From: Octopus sinensis
Lineage: Eukaryota
Length of the DNA stretch: 64,000 nt
Direction: 5' to 3'
Assembly (NCBI RefSeq): GCF_006345805.1
Contig: NC_043001.1
Span: 2,604,001-2,668,000 of the forward strand
Below are positions 37,320 to 49,060 of this stretch, piece by piece. The notes under the pieces are model-generated. The model was not told the origin of the DNA, did no database searches, and saw nothing but the letters and a program-made list of their open reading frames with translations. Position 1 is the first letter of the stretch; each line of letters begins with the position of its first letter. The translations under genes were made by a program, and so were the position numbers.

Positions 37320-37617
37320 CTCAGTACTTATTGCTTTATGAGGCCGCATACTTGTTCTCTTGGTTTCTTTTGCTGAGGCACTAAGGAACAGGGACATAAA
37401 CACACTAACACCGGTTTTCTAGCAGTAGGGGCAGGGAAACTCAAACACAAATACACACACACACACACACACACACACATAATGAACTTCTTCCAGTTTG
37501 CATCTATGAAGTCCACTCTCAAGGCTTTGGCCAAGGTTACAGTATAAGGCACCTGCCCAAGGTGCCACAAAGTGGAACTGAACTCATAGCCATATGGTTG
37601 GGAGGCAAACATCTTAC
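37320..37617 (-). mobile_element. SINE family A
   Basis: CCCAAGGTGCCACAAAGTGGAACTGAAC, internal (CA)n, CATAAACACACTAACACCGG. Confidence 0.8.
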
Positions 37618-37669
37618 TTTCCTCACAAAAATAAATCTCTCTGGATTTCTTATTTATTTGCTAGAGCAA

Positions 37670-38026
37670 CAAGCTGCTTCCATGCCGATGGGCACTTAAA
37701 AAGCACCATTCGAGCGTGATCATTACCTGCATTACCTTACTGGCACTTGTGCTGGTGGCACATGAAAAAACATTCAAGCGAGGTCGTTTGCCAATGCTGC
37801 TGGACTGGCTCCTGTGCAGGTGGCACAATGAAAGCACCATTTGAGTGTGGCCATTGCTGGTGGCATGTAAAAGTACCCACTACACTCTTGGAGTGGTTGG
37901 CGTTAGGAAGGGCATCCAGCTGTAGAAACTCTGCCAGATCAGATTGGAGCCTGGTGCAGCCATCTGGTTCGGCAGACCTCAGTCAAACCGTCCAACTCAT
38001 GCCAGCATAGAAAGCAGACGTTAAAC

Positions 38027-38057
<31 letters not shown>
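37670..38057 (+). mobile_element. RTE 3' UTR copy (family C)
   Basis: Colinear with 10970-11398; (GAT)n tail. Confidence 0.9.
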
Positions 38058-38529
38058 ACATGATTCTCATAGCAACTCACAGCAGATACAGAAATGAAAT
38101 ACAAGACACACTAACCATAGAATGATGGAACTTACCATTCCAAATAGTTTTCTCCTTCCACAGCTTTCTAGGATTGGCTGCATTCAACATTGTTCCGATA
38201 TTCCAAGAACAAAAACTCATTTTGCTTTGTTTCCATTTGAAGAATGCCCTTCCTATCACCAACCTGGATACAATTAAGGGGTGCATACAGGTGTGCCGAC
38301 GTAGCATTAGCACAAACTTGTATTTATTTATCAACCCTTGAGGAAAAAATACAAAGGTATCTTCAAGAGGATTTGAAACTAAAATACAAAAGAGCTAAAG
38401 TAAATAACATAAACATTTAATCCACTCAGCTGTGGTGGTCATGATCGCCACTACTTCTATGTCACCCTTTTCACTCTATAAATAATTCTTATATAAAACC
38501 ACAGGGACTCAAATTTAGTTGAAAGAAAT

Positions 38530-38925
38530 TAGTCAACCAGGCATGTGGTTAGTTCTTTACTTGTTCAGCCCCAGAATGATGAAAAACAACCTTTAGCTTG
38601 GCAGGATTTGAACCCTAAACATAAAGAGACAGAAAAAGTGCTACAATGCACTTGTTTTCTGCTTTAATTCATTTCTGCTAATTCCTCATTCTTCATCAGC
38701 AACTAATAAAGAGTTTCTAATTTAGACCCAAAAGCTCAGTGTCTTTGGGCATTGAGGTTTTAGGGACCATCAATGCTTGTGTTTGATGGGGACTTGATTT
38801 TATTGAGTCAGAAAGGAGAAGTGCAAACTTAGCCTTGCTTAGATTTGAACTCAGAATATAAAGACTCAGAGCATGAGGAAATGTTGCAAGACATTTTATC
38901 CAAAGCCCTAGAGATACCACACCCA
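38530..38925 (-). mobile_element. Two degenerate SINE family B copies
   Basis: GGATTTGAACCC (about 38605) and GATTTGAACTCAGAAT (about 38842), reverse-complement B boxes with family B context. Confidence 0.6.
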
Positions 38926-39659
38926 CCTCCCGCCACCCAGCACCACTTCACATTTTAATAATAATAAATAATGAAAGACAAAGAACATTAAATTGTATCT
39001 CTCAGTTTACCTTGCAGAAAGACCAGCACTTTGATTTTATGGTTGAATGGTTAGTGATAGGAAGGGGATATTTTTATTCTTAAAATATATGTTCCAAGAG
39101 TTTTTCATGCAAATCTCTAAATCTATGTGAGGAAAACAAAACAAACCAAAAAAAAAAGAAAAGAAAGAAAAGAAGAAAAAAACATACAAACAAAGAAAAA
39201 AATTGAAAAATCAAATAAAAGCATCATTGACAAAAAGAAGAACAACAAACCATCTTGGTCTTGATAACATTGTAAAATAGATGTAAAATAGGAAATAAAG
39301 AGAAGAGCAAAACAACAACAACAACAACAACTAAATACTGTGAGTTGGTGTTTGGCGATAATGAAGGAGAAGGTTTCCAAGTAGATTTAAAACACAAAGA
39401 AAAACAAATAAAACAAAGGTAAGAGAGAAAGAAAAAGAACCTGCCACTCCTCTGCCGTCCCAATTATTTCTGAAAATGAATCGCTGGTTCAGGAGGAGTT
39501 TTATATCAATTTAAATTACTCTGTTAAAAGTGGTTTCTTTGTGCATTTAACAAGGTGCCAGGAGATTACCAAAGCAGAAGATAGGTGGCCGGGGGGGGGG
39601 GCTGTTCATGGTAAAAAACAACAAAAAGAAAAAAGACAATCATGGGATGAGGAATGCAC

Positions 39660-40082
39660 ATAACTGTTGCTGCTGCTGCTGCTGCTGCTGCTATTGCTAC
39701 TACAGGTGCTGTCTGTTATTATTAACAGTGTCATTGATTATGAAAAGATTTTGACAATGATGATGATAACGATGATGATAGTGGTGATGATGATGATGAC
39801 GATGATGACGACGATGATGACCGTGACTATGACGACAACAATGGTGCTAATGATCACAGTGTTGAAGATTGGTATTGAGTTCCTCTGTAGCATTGCGATA
39901 ATGATGATGATGATGATGGTTGTGGTGGTGATGATAGAAGTGGTGGGAGCGGGGGTAATGAATGTGATCATGATGATGCTGATGGTAGAGACATTGATGA
40001 GGGTAGTGGTGATGATGAAGATGGCAGTGGTGGTTAGGATGATTACAGTGACAGCAATGATGATGATGATGATGGTAAGGGT
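39660..40082. repeat. (CTG)n/(GAT)n/(GGT)n low-complexity tract
   Basis: Directly visible. Confidence 0.9.
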
Positions 40083-40114
40083 TTTTTAATGGCTTATTTA
40101 AATAAAGGGTCCAG

Positions 40115-40290
40115 CATGTGCACAAGGCCTGTGATTTTGAGAGGAAAAGTTAGTTGATTATATTGACCCTGGTTCATGACTGGTACATTATTGTAGCACT
40201 CTCTCCAGAGCAATGAAATGCAAGGTTTCCCTCAGCAGGATTTGAACTCAGAATGTAAACAGCTGGAGCAAATACTGCAATGTAATTTTC
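40115..40290 (-). mobile_element. SINE family B
   Basis: CACAAGGCCTG...GATTATATTGACCCTGG...GGATTTGAACTCAGAATGTAAAC. Confidence 0.7.
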
Positions 40291-40300
40291 CTGGTGGTTC

Positions 40301-40857
40301 TGTAGCTGGGATTCGAAACCAAGTCGCTGGATATGCAGTTGGATGTCATGAGCAAACCACAATGGCTTCGCATAATCAGTCTATTAAGCAAGCAACCAGC
40401 ATCATGCCAGCTTCTAGAATCTTCTTCTTGCACCCTATAAAAGGCTTCTTTTGGCAGTAATTACTTGCAGAATGTTGAGGCAGCCAAGTGAGATGTGTGT
40501 CTCCATTCCTTACCACACCAGACAGCCCATGCAGCACATCACTCAAACAGTTGACCAAGAACCTCCCTCTCCACAAACATAGCACAATCACTTCCAGCCA
40601 TGTTGGATAATCCACTCGTTGCCATATCAACAGCTTGCCATAAACTCCAAGCAGCATCTCTCCCCCAGTCTGTAATTATTGCTGTTTTTACCTGTAAAAG
40701 GCCAATGCAGTTTGTCTTTATGCATGATAATAAAATCTTCTGTTAAATGTTCTCAGGTGTTGTTCAGGTAATTCTTCACGCAGCCCAAGAAACCTATTTC
40801 CATTCATCAACTCAACCAGTCACCATCACAGATCAGCCAACCAACAACCAGGAGACA
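40301..40857 (+). mobile_element. Solo LTR (copy 2), GTTC on both flanks
   Basis: GTTC|TGTAGC start; TATAAAA at 40436; AATAAA at 40729; ends GGAGACA(A)|GTTC (40859-40862), so the right boundary is ambiguous by 1 nt. Confidence 0.75.
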
Positions 40858-40952
40858 AGTTCTAATGATTCCGTCAGCCTTGCTACCTTTGTTTACTTTC
40901 CAAAATGGTGTAATGTTAATAATCTTAATATTGATGGCAATAAGGATAATCA

Positions 40953-41275
40953 TGGCACTCTGTCGGTTACGACGACAAGAGTTCCAGTTGATCCGATCAA
41001 CGGAACTGCCTGCTCGTGAAATTAACATACAAGTGGCTGAGCACTCCACAGACATGTGTACCCTTAACGTAGTTCCCAGGGAGATTCAGTGTGACACAGA
41101 GTGTGACAAGGCTGGCCTCTTTGAAATACAGGTACAACAGAAACAGGAAGAAAGGGTGAGAGAAAGTTGTGGTGAAAGAGTAGAGCAGGGATCACCACCA
41201 TCCCCTGCTGGACCCTCGTAGAGCTTTATGGGTTTTCACTCAATAAACACTCTTAGTGCCCAGCCTGGAAAGAAC
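40953..41275 (-). mobile_element. SINE family D, well preserved
   Basis: GTTCCAGTTGATCCGATCAACGGAAC...GTGGCTGAGCACTCCACAGACATGTGTACCCTTAACGTAG; homologous to 3640-3815. Confidence 0.85.
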
Positions 41276-41319
41276 TAATTCTAGTAATGACTGTTATATA
41301 CGTTCTTCTAATTTTGGCA

Positions 41320-41490
41320 CATGGCCAGCAATTTTAGTGGTAGGGCACAAATGGATTACATTGATCCCAATGCTGGGCAGGTAATTATTTTATCAACCTT
41401 GAAAGGGTGAAAGGTAAAGCATAATTTGAACACAGAAAGTGAAAAACCTGCAGAAATACCACAAAGCATTTTGTCCAATGCCTTCATTAT
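41320..41490 (-). mobile_element. SINE family B
   Basis: GATTACATTGATCCCA...GAAAGGGTGAAAGGTAAAG...TTTGAACACAGAA. Confidence 0.65.
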
Positions 41491-41504
41491 TTTGCCCCTT
41501 TAAT

Positions 41505-41780
41505 CATCATCATTTAAGGTTTGTCTTCCGTGATTGTATGGACTGGACGGTTTGACAGCAGATCGTAAGACTAGGAGCTGCAACATGGTCCATTGTCTGT
41601 TTTGATGTAGTTTCTACACCTGGATGGACTTCTTAACGCCAACCCCTTTACAGAGTATATTGGGTTATTTTTTATGTGGCACTAGAACAAATGTTTTCTA
41701 CGAGGCACCAAAACCAGTACTTCTTATGAAGCACCAGCACCAGTGAGTTCATGTGGTACCAACACCAACTGTTATCCATG
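41505..41780 (-). mobile_element. RTE tail copy with minisatellite-like subrepeat expansion
   Basis: (CAT)n, CTGGATGGACTTCTTAACGCCAACC, then about 4 units ending GCACCA. Confidence 0.7.
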
Positions 41781-42649
41781 GAAATATCAAGAAACCAGTT
41801 GTATAAAGACTTACCTCTGGGATAATGTGAATAAGGCAGCTTTTAATAAGTTAATGCTTCTAAAGTCTGATTCCATCCAATAATCATCCTCTTTCAATAA
41901 CCAACAATTTTATCCATTTCCTTTCAGCAAACCCAAGTCTTCAGATAATATTCTATGGCCTTCAATTTTCAATTTAGAATTCTTTCACAAAATCAGATAC
42001 TTGCTCTTAGCCTTCAGCTCTTCAAACCAATGTAGTATCTTTAATTTGGTCACTCTACCTGCTAGAAATAGCAACTAAATCTTTTTCAAATAACAATTAC
42101 TATCATTGAAAATGGAAGGACACAATGAATAATGAGGAGCATGTGAAAAATGTAGGATGGTCATGGTTGGAATTACTTTGACCTTATCATGTCTCAATTC
42201 ATTAAGGGTAAACCAACAACAAAAAAAAACAAAACATAATCATCATCAACATCCTCATCATTACTGTTTTAACATGTTTCTCTATGCTTACATGGCCCAG
42301 ATAACAATAGATTTGGGCAGTGTTTTTTACGGCTGAATGCCTTTCCTGAAGCCAGTCGCCACCAGTTTTCAAGTGAGCAAGCAATCTCCTAGTCATGCTT
42401 AGGTGGAAAATAGAGAACAAATGAACGAGTTCTTTGTTTCTAAACATCTTGCAGCAACATGTCATGACATGTCAAGGAGTCCAGACATGTTTTTGCAGTG
42501 GATTGCATGTAAACAATGTCACCAGGAAGGTCATTGTTTATAACCAATAAATACATGTGAGGACGATGGAAGTACAAACTCACACACAAATTCACACAAG
42601 CACACTCAGATACATATTTACTACATGTGAACATGCATGTGTTTGTGCA

Positions 42650-43030
42650 TGACAGGCTTCTTTCAGTTTCTAGCTTCCCTGAATCAACTCACTAGGCTTT
42701 GGTTGGCCCAAAGCTCCAACAGAAGATACGAGCCAAGGTGACGAGTTGGCAGAAACGTTAGCACGCCAGGTGAAATGTTTAGCGATATTTCGTTTGTCGT
42801 TATGTTCTGAGTTCAAATTCCACCAAGGTTGACTTTGCCTTTGATCCTTTCGGGGTCGATAAATTAAGTACCAGTTACACACTGGGGTTGATCTAATCGA
42901 CTTAATCCCTTTGTGTGTCTTTGTTTGTCCCCTCTATGTTTAGCCCCTTGTGCAATAAAGAAATAAGAAGATACTAGCCAAGGTGCCATGCAGTGGAATT
43001 GACCTGAAAACCACTTGAATGGGAAGTAAA
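42650..43030 (-). mobile_element. SINE family A 5' half interrupted by a family B insertion
   Basis: GGCTTCTTTCAGTTTC...GGCTTTGGTTGGCCC...AGAAGATAC [SINE B] AGCCAAGGTGCCATGCAGTGG. Confidence 0.8.
42735..42965 (+). mobile_element. SINE family B, young, nested, with a 14-20 bp TSD
   Basis: AGAAGATACGAGCCAAGGTG (42721-42740) versus AGAAGATACTAGCCAAGGTG (42966-42985). Confidence 0.92.
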
Positions 43031-43173
43031 CTCCTTGACCTCCACAAGCATAAAAGACTATATTCCTAAAAATTTAAAGAAGATTTGCGAAAATGAGATC
43101 AAAAAGTTTGTCCTTTTGGGTAAAGAAATATGGCAATAGCATAGTTCAATAGTCTGTTGAAGAGGAGAGAGAG

Positions 43174-43214
<41 letters not shown>

Positions 43215-43689
43215 AACTGAACTGCGTTGACTGATTTGTTTGATTCAATTCCACCATCAGCTGTTTCATACAAATCAACTTTAGTTTTGCTTGGAGACAA
43301 ATTAAAGGAGAAAAGTTTTCTAGAAATTTTTTTTAAAACTGAAATTAGGATAAAGATAAAGAAAAAATTTTCCAAAAGCTAAATAATCAGGAAGATAGAA
43401 ACAAAAACAATATTAGCTCTAATGAGACTAATTGCAAGAAAAGCACAGTTGCAATTAGATTAGAGGCAAACGAATGCGTAATTACTCAAGTAGGATTTTC
43501 TATAAACATTTGATTCACTTACCAAAGATCTGCCAGGTCTCCTGCGAATTGCTACCCAAATTACTTTGCAATGGAACTACACTACACATTTATACTAAAT
43601 AATTCTTTCTTACTTTTCTCTCATATGTAAAATTATTATTACTATTATTATCATTATTATTATTATTGTTGTTGTTGTTGTTCTTGTAA

Positions 43690-44520
43690 TTATAATCATA
43701 TTATAAGCATGTTAATTTAATTGGCAGGAAAGTTATCTTGAGGTTTGGTAGCAACATGTCTCCTCAAATCTCAGGAATCTTTATGAGGATTCTTGCAGAA
43801 TATTTGATGGCCCTTTTCTGCCACTAGAGAATGCAAGTTTCATACCTCTTCCAGTCTTTTAGATAGCATTTTCGGTGTTGTGCCAAGTGCACCAATTACT
43901 ACAGGAATAATTGCTGTTTTGGTCTTCCACAACATTCTCAGCTCCCTGGCTAGATCCTGATATTTGTTGATTTTTTCAATTTCTTTGGTATCACCTCTGC
44001 TATGATAGGGATTTACAACATCCATGATCTTAGACTGTTTACTTTATCCTCTATGATCACATCTGGTCTTGTTTCAATAGCATGGTCAGTCCTATATGAT
44101 CTTGTAATTAAAATTCCCTATCACAGCCTCTGGTTTACTTTCTACTTATTTCAAAACCATGCACACTGCTAACATACCATTGCACTCTTTTATTTACACA
44201 GTCATGTCAATGCTTAAACTCTTTTTTTGTGCTAGTCTATATAAAGAGAAAGATGATTTATACTCTCATCTCCTTTCCTACAGACTCTATATTTGCTGTC
44301 TGACTGAGTTTTGCTAATCTCACCACTTTTCTACTCTCTCAAGTTGAATCTTGTTGCAAAGCACCCAATGGATTATCCTTGTTATGTTTTCATGCTGCCT
44401 CTCATATTCTTTCTGACATAGTGGTCTCTATTGACTGGTAACATGCAATGCATGTTTTCCCATTCTCTCCACAAATTCTGCAATTAATGCTTTCTGCTAC
44501 ATGGTCTATTCTGAGTTTGA
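43690..44520 (-). pseudogene. Dong/R4-type non-LTR retrotransposon 3' region (CCHC knuckle plus RLE domain)
   Basis: RNYVKLRIDHVAESINCRICGE; TDHAIETRPDVIIEDK; MDVVNPYHSRGDTKEIEKINKYQDLARELRMLWKTKTAIIPVVIGALG; SARIL. Followed by a (TAA/CAA)n tail. Confidence 0.88.
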
Positions 44521-44521
44521 C

Positions 44522-44630
44522 ATAATTTCTTCTTCTCCTCTTCTTCTTTCTCTTCTTCTTCTTCTTCTTCTTCTTCTTCTTCTTCTTCTTCTTCTTCTTC
44601 TTCTTCTTCTTCTTCTTCTTCTTCTTCTTC

Positions 44631-44661
<31 letters not shown>

Positions 44662-44697
44662 CCATTACCACCACCACCACCACCACCACCACCACCA

Positions 44698-44751
<54 letters not shown>

Positions 44752-44755
44752 TATT
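44522..44755. repeat. (CTT)n(CAT)n(CAC)n(CAT)n compound microsatellite
   Basis: Directly visible. Confidence 0.95.
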
Positions 44756-44985
44756 AAGCTGGCAAGCTGGCAGAATCATTAACATGCTGGGTGAAACGTT
44801 TACTGGCATTTCTTCTGTCTTTACATTCTGAGTTCAAATTCCTCTGAGGTCAGCTTTCTTTTCTTCCTTTCAGGGTCAATAAATTAAGTACCAGTGGAAC
44901 ACTGGGGTCGATGTAATCAACTAGAACCTTCCCCCAAAATTCCAAGTCTTGTACCTTTAGTAAAAAGGATTATTATCATTCTTAT
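44755..44985 (+). mobile_element. SINE family B
   Basis: GGCAAGCTGGCAGAATCATTAAC...GAGTTCAAATTCC...CTGGGGTCGATGTAATC. Confidence 0.85.
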
Positions 44986-44999
44986 TCATATTATTGAAT

Positions 45000-45330
45000 G
45001 AGTGAGGAAGCAACACATGCCATCAAAGTGACACAGGGCTACAAATATACAAAGCCTAGTATACCCAGACACATGCGTCAAAACCATATATGCACATGAC
45101 ATGATGATCTCATATAAAGATAAGGTGTGCGTTACCTTGCAGGTGGAGCCTAGTTAGAATTTTCTTCAGATTGAGTAGTCCTGCTCAATAGAATTATTTA
45201 AAGAGGATGAACAAAACACCCATGTTTCCAGGGGTGATTATTATTCAAGTTCCAAAGAATTCTTCTCAATATATGGCTATGATCCCCACTGCACTACTCT
45301 TGTTCATGATCAGAGTTGCTCTTATCTATA
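45000..45330 (+). repeat. Unclassified interspersed repeat (family G); second copy at 58075-58235 on the minus strand
   Basis: The copies share CATGCCATCAAAGTGACAC...AACCATAT.TGCAC...CATAT.AAGATAA. Confidence 0.7.
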
Positions 45331-46207
45331 ATGATTGAAGAAGTGTGGGACAGTGTCCAGTTTATTTTTCCTCCACATTATTAAAAAAAGTCATATTACT
45401 TTGTAGAAATTGTTAATGAATATTAAAAAAAAGTTTTAAACTACAAAGTTTATTTGTATATTAAACATAAACTATAATACTTAATATTACAAGATTCACT
45501 TCTGTTTTAAATGTCATCTTCTGTTCATAATTCCATATGTAAACAAATAGCTTTTCTTCACATTCATAAAAAATGTAATAAAGCAAAAAAAACCCAACAA
45601 AACAAATGAGTTAATTATTTTAAAAAGTATTATGTACTCTAAAAACAAGAAACCCTCTCTAAAAGAATTAAGTTTACAAATTGTGTTAGACTGTGGCCAT
45701 GCTGGAGTACCACTTTGAAATTATTTAGTCAATAATATCATCTGCCAACACAATTCTTCGCAAATGGTCAGATGTATGTTGCATTATCAAGAGTGTCAAG
45801 AAAAGAAAATACAAAGATATTAACCGAGATAAATAAAAAAAGGGGTCCATTTGCTGACAGTTGTGTCTTCATAGAAATTCTATAGTGAATTGAGACATTA
45901 ATTACTCTCTTTTAATTGAAATGTATTTAAGTTTCTTTTTAATTGCCAGGAAAGGGACACTAGAAACACTTAAGACATCTGTAAGTGAATAGAATGACAC
46001 AACAATATAGCAAAAACTCAACTCTTCAAATTGGTAAATGTAATTCCTTAATTCCCAGCAGAGAATCTATTTTCAAATTCACTCAAGTGAAGATTCATGA
46101 ACATTTTGCCTTGGCAGTCTCATCTCCAATTTCCCAATTTTTATTATCATCTTTTTTCAATGTATCATGTGCAGAGTGTCAATTTACTCTATAATTTATG
46201 CATAATA

Positions 46208-46287
46208 TCTGTATGTATATATATAATATCAATATGTACAATGTATGTGCCAGCAGAAAACCACCCGGAGGGCGGTTTTCCTGCTAG
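46208..46287 (+). mobile_element. Possible mini-Helitron or Helitron 3' end
   Basis: A|TC start; GC-rich hairpin GAAAACCACCC-GGA-GGGCGGTTTTC (46256-46280); CTAG at 46284-46287. It is followed by A rather than the expected T. Confidence 0.45.
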
Positions 46288-46899
46288 ACTCTAATAATCA
46301 TTGAAAGAAAAATATTTTCATGATTTGAAATAAACCGGTTTTTCTTGTAATTGTTTGTTTACATTCATATTTTGTTTTACCACAGTTTAATGATTGAACT
46401 TTTGAATCTGAACTCCAATGCTAAAGAAAAAATGGCAAGAAAACAAAGAGCCAAAAAAAAGACAGATATAAGATGGATAAAAACAAATTAGCTTGAGCAG
46501 AATTTGCATATTGGTAAACCAGACAAAAACACTCCTGAGTTCATTATAATGTCTTGGAAATAGATATTATACAAGTTCTTGCTGTTTTCTTTTATGTTTT
46601 TCAAAAATAAAACATAAATATCTTCGAAGAAGCAATGCACACAACCACCTCATTTGCTGCCACACTCATGCAAGTATTTAATAGTTTAAAAGATGCAATC
46701 AGTTGTTCTAAGAGAAATCAATGGCTACAGTCTAGTGACTGAAAAAAGAAAAAGGTTAAGGAATTATTGTCGAGCAAGGAACTAAAGAAAGGTAAAGGCA
46801 ACCCTGGAGGAAGAAGTTTGGGTGAGTATTGCATTAATTTCATGCTTTAAAAGGAAGAGAAAGACTCTCAATATTGTGGACATTAGTATAGAACGGAAA

Positions 46900-47406
46900 T
46901 GTAGCAGGGTCTCGAAACTGAATTCCTGGATAAACAGTCAGACATTAGGAGCAAACCCCCGTAGTTATGCATGAATGATCTATTAACTGAGCAGTCAGGG
47001 TGAAGCAATGGTGTGGACAGGTTGTCTTGAACATTATAGAATTTGTGTTCTGGTTCCCTATAAAACCCATTTCATTCACATTTTTAACCAGCCAGGTGCC
47101 TCAAGAAGGTGCCGCAAAAAGATGGCACAGATTGATGGCATAAAACTGCATCGCTACAAATATAGCTCAGTTATATTGAGCAAGCTGCTTGTTGCCATGT
47201 CAACAGCTTGCAATAAACTGCAATCAGTATCTCTCCCCCAATATGTAATTATTGCTGATGTTACCTGTAAAAGGGCAAGGATGCTGTCTTTATGAGCAGT
47301 AATGAAATGTTCACAGGTGTTGTTCAGTTACTTCTACACATAACTCCAGAAACCTATCTTCATTCATCTCTGCCACAGACTGACCAACAACCTTCAGATG
47401 GCAACA
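46900..47406 (+). mobile_element. Solo LTR (copy 3)
   Basis: TGTAGC...GGCAACA; TATAAAA at 47059; homologous to copies 1 and 2; no TSD. Confidence 0.7.
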
Positions 47407-48218
47407 TAGGTAAAGTGGAATCAACCAATGTAGAAGTGCTGAATAGCCATGGACTTTGGTCCATGGATGAATGCCACACCGATTCCATAGGCCTCTGCAA
47501 AGTTGAATGAATTCAGTTGATGCTTTACCATTTCTAACAGTTCCTTATTCTTTATTTTGTGAAATGATTATTGGTCTTTCAAGAGGCCATCTTACAGGAA
47601 AACGATAGAATGCTTAATGTGGTAGCTTGACTTGCAAGTCATAGCAACCAAATTTCCTTCCATCTTAAAAAAAGGAAGGTCACATTGATAGTATTGTTCC
47701 TAATTTATAAACTTAAGCTGAAGTTATTTTTTGACCTTATAATTGCAGGATTATGTTTGATTAGTATTTAAAAAGCAGAAGGCCACAGTGAACAATTAGC
47801 AACTATGTTGTCTCTGACGTAAAGAAAGATTGATGGTCAAAGGTCAAAACACTTTTAACCCTAGGTCAGCTCAGTAAGGAATCATCTCGGATTAAACAAC
47901 ATCATCATCACTATAATGAGCAGTAAAGATGTGCCATTTCTTTTTGCTGGCATTCATAGCACTGCTGTTGAAGGCATGAGAGCAGCTAAACGATACATTT
48001 CCATCTCAGTTGGAGGAGGTTTATTTCTAATGTCGGAACTTCTACAATTACTGTCAACTTTTATCCAGAAAAGTTTCATCCCCTTTACTCCCTTCATTTC
48101 TTGGGATTTGATCATCACAGAGATGGGTTCAGGAACTTCATTGATCTGACAGCATCAATAAAATGGTTAATCATTTTGGGTAACTGATGAGATAATTAGT
48201 CAACTGGGATGATTGAAG

Positions 48219-48251
<33 letters not shown>

Positions 48252-48255
<4 letters not shown>

Positions 48256-48742
48256 TCATCATCATCATCATCATCGTTTAGCGTCCGTTTTCCATGCTAG
48301 CATGGGTTGGACGGTTCTACTGGGGTCTGTGAAGCCAGAAGGCTTCATCAGGCCCAGTCAAATCTGGCAGTGTTTCTACGGCTGGATGCCCTTCCTAACG
48401 CCAACCACTCCGTGAGTGTAGTGGGTGCTTTTTACGTGCCACCCGCACAGGTGCCAGACAGAGCTGGCAAACGGCCACGAACGGATGGTGCTTTTTATGT
48501 GCCACCGGCACAAGGGCCAGGCAAGGCTGGCAACGGACACGAAATGGGGCGGTGCTGGCAACGGTCGCGAAACGGAAGGTTCTCTTACATGCCACCGGCA
48601 CTGGTAACACATCTGCAATTTCCATTGATCGATTTCCATTCTGATCCTCACTTGCCTCAACGGGTCTTCACAAGTAGAGTTTCGACATGCCACCGGCACT
48701 GGTAACACATCTGCAATTTCCATTGATCGATTTCCATTTCTG

Positions 48743-48745
<3 letters not shown>
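48252..48745 (-). mobile_element. Young RTE 3' UTR copy with a duplication at its 5' junction
   Basis: High CpG retention; a 60-61 bp direct repeat at 48587-48646 and 48685-48745. Confidence 0.9.
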
Positions 48746-48837
<92 letters not shown>

Positions 48838-48857
48838 ATGTACATGTATATGTCATG

Positions 48858-49015
48858 ATGATCATCATCATCGTTTAACGTCCGCTTTCCATGCTAGCAT
48901 GAGTTGGACGATTAGACAGAGGTCTGACGAACCAGATGGCTGCACCAGACTCCAATCTGATCTGACAGAGTTTCTATAGCTGGATGTGCTTCCTAATGCC
49001 AACCACTCCGAGAGT
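48858..49015 (-). mobile_element. RTE tail copy (family C)
   Basis: (CAT)n CGTTTAACGTCCGCTTTCCATGCTAGCATG...AATGCCAACCACTCCGAGAGT. Confidence 0.9.
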
Positions 49016-49026
49016 ATATGTATATG

Positions 49027-49060
<34 letters not shown>

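Noticed and set aside
46730-46827. Exon-like segment ending in a GTGAGT donor (KELLSSKELKKGKGNPGGRSL)
   Set aside because: All frames from the nearest acceptor contain stops.
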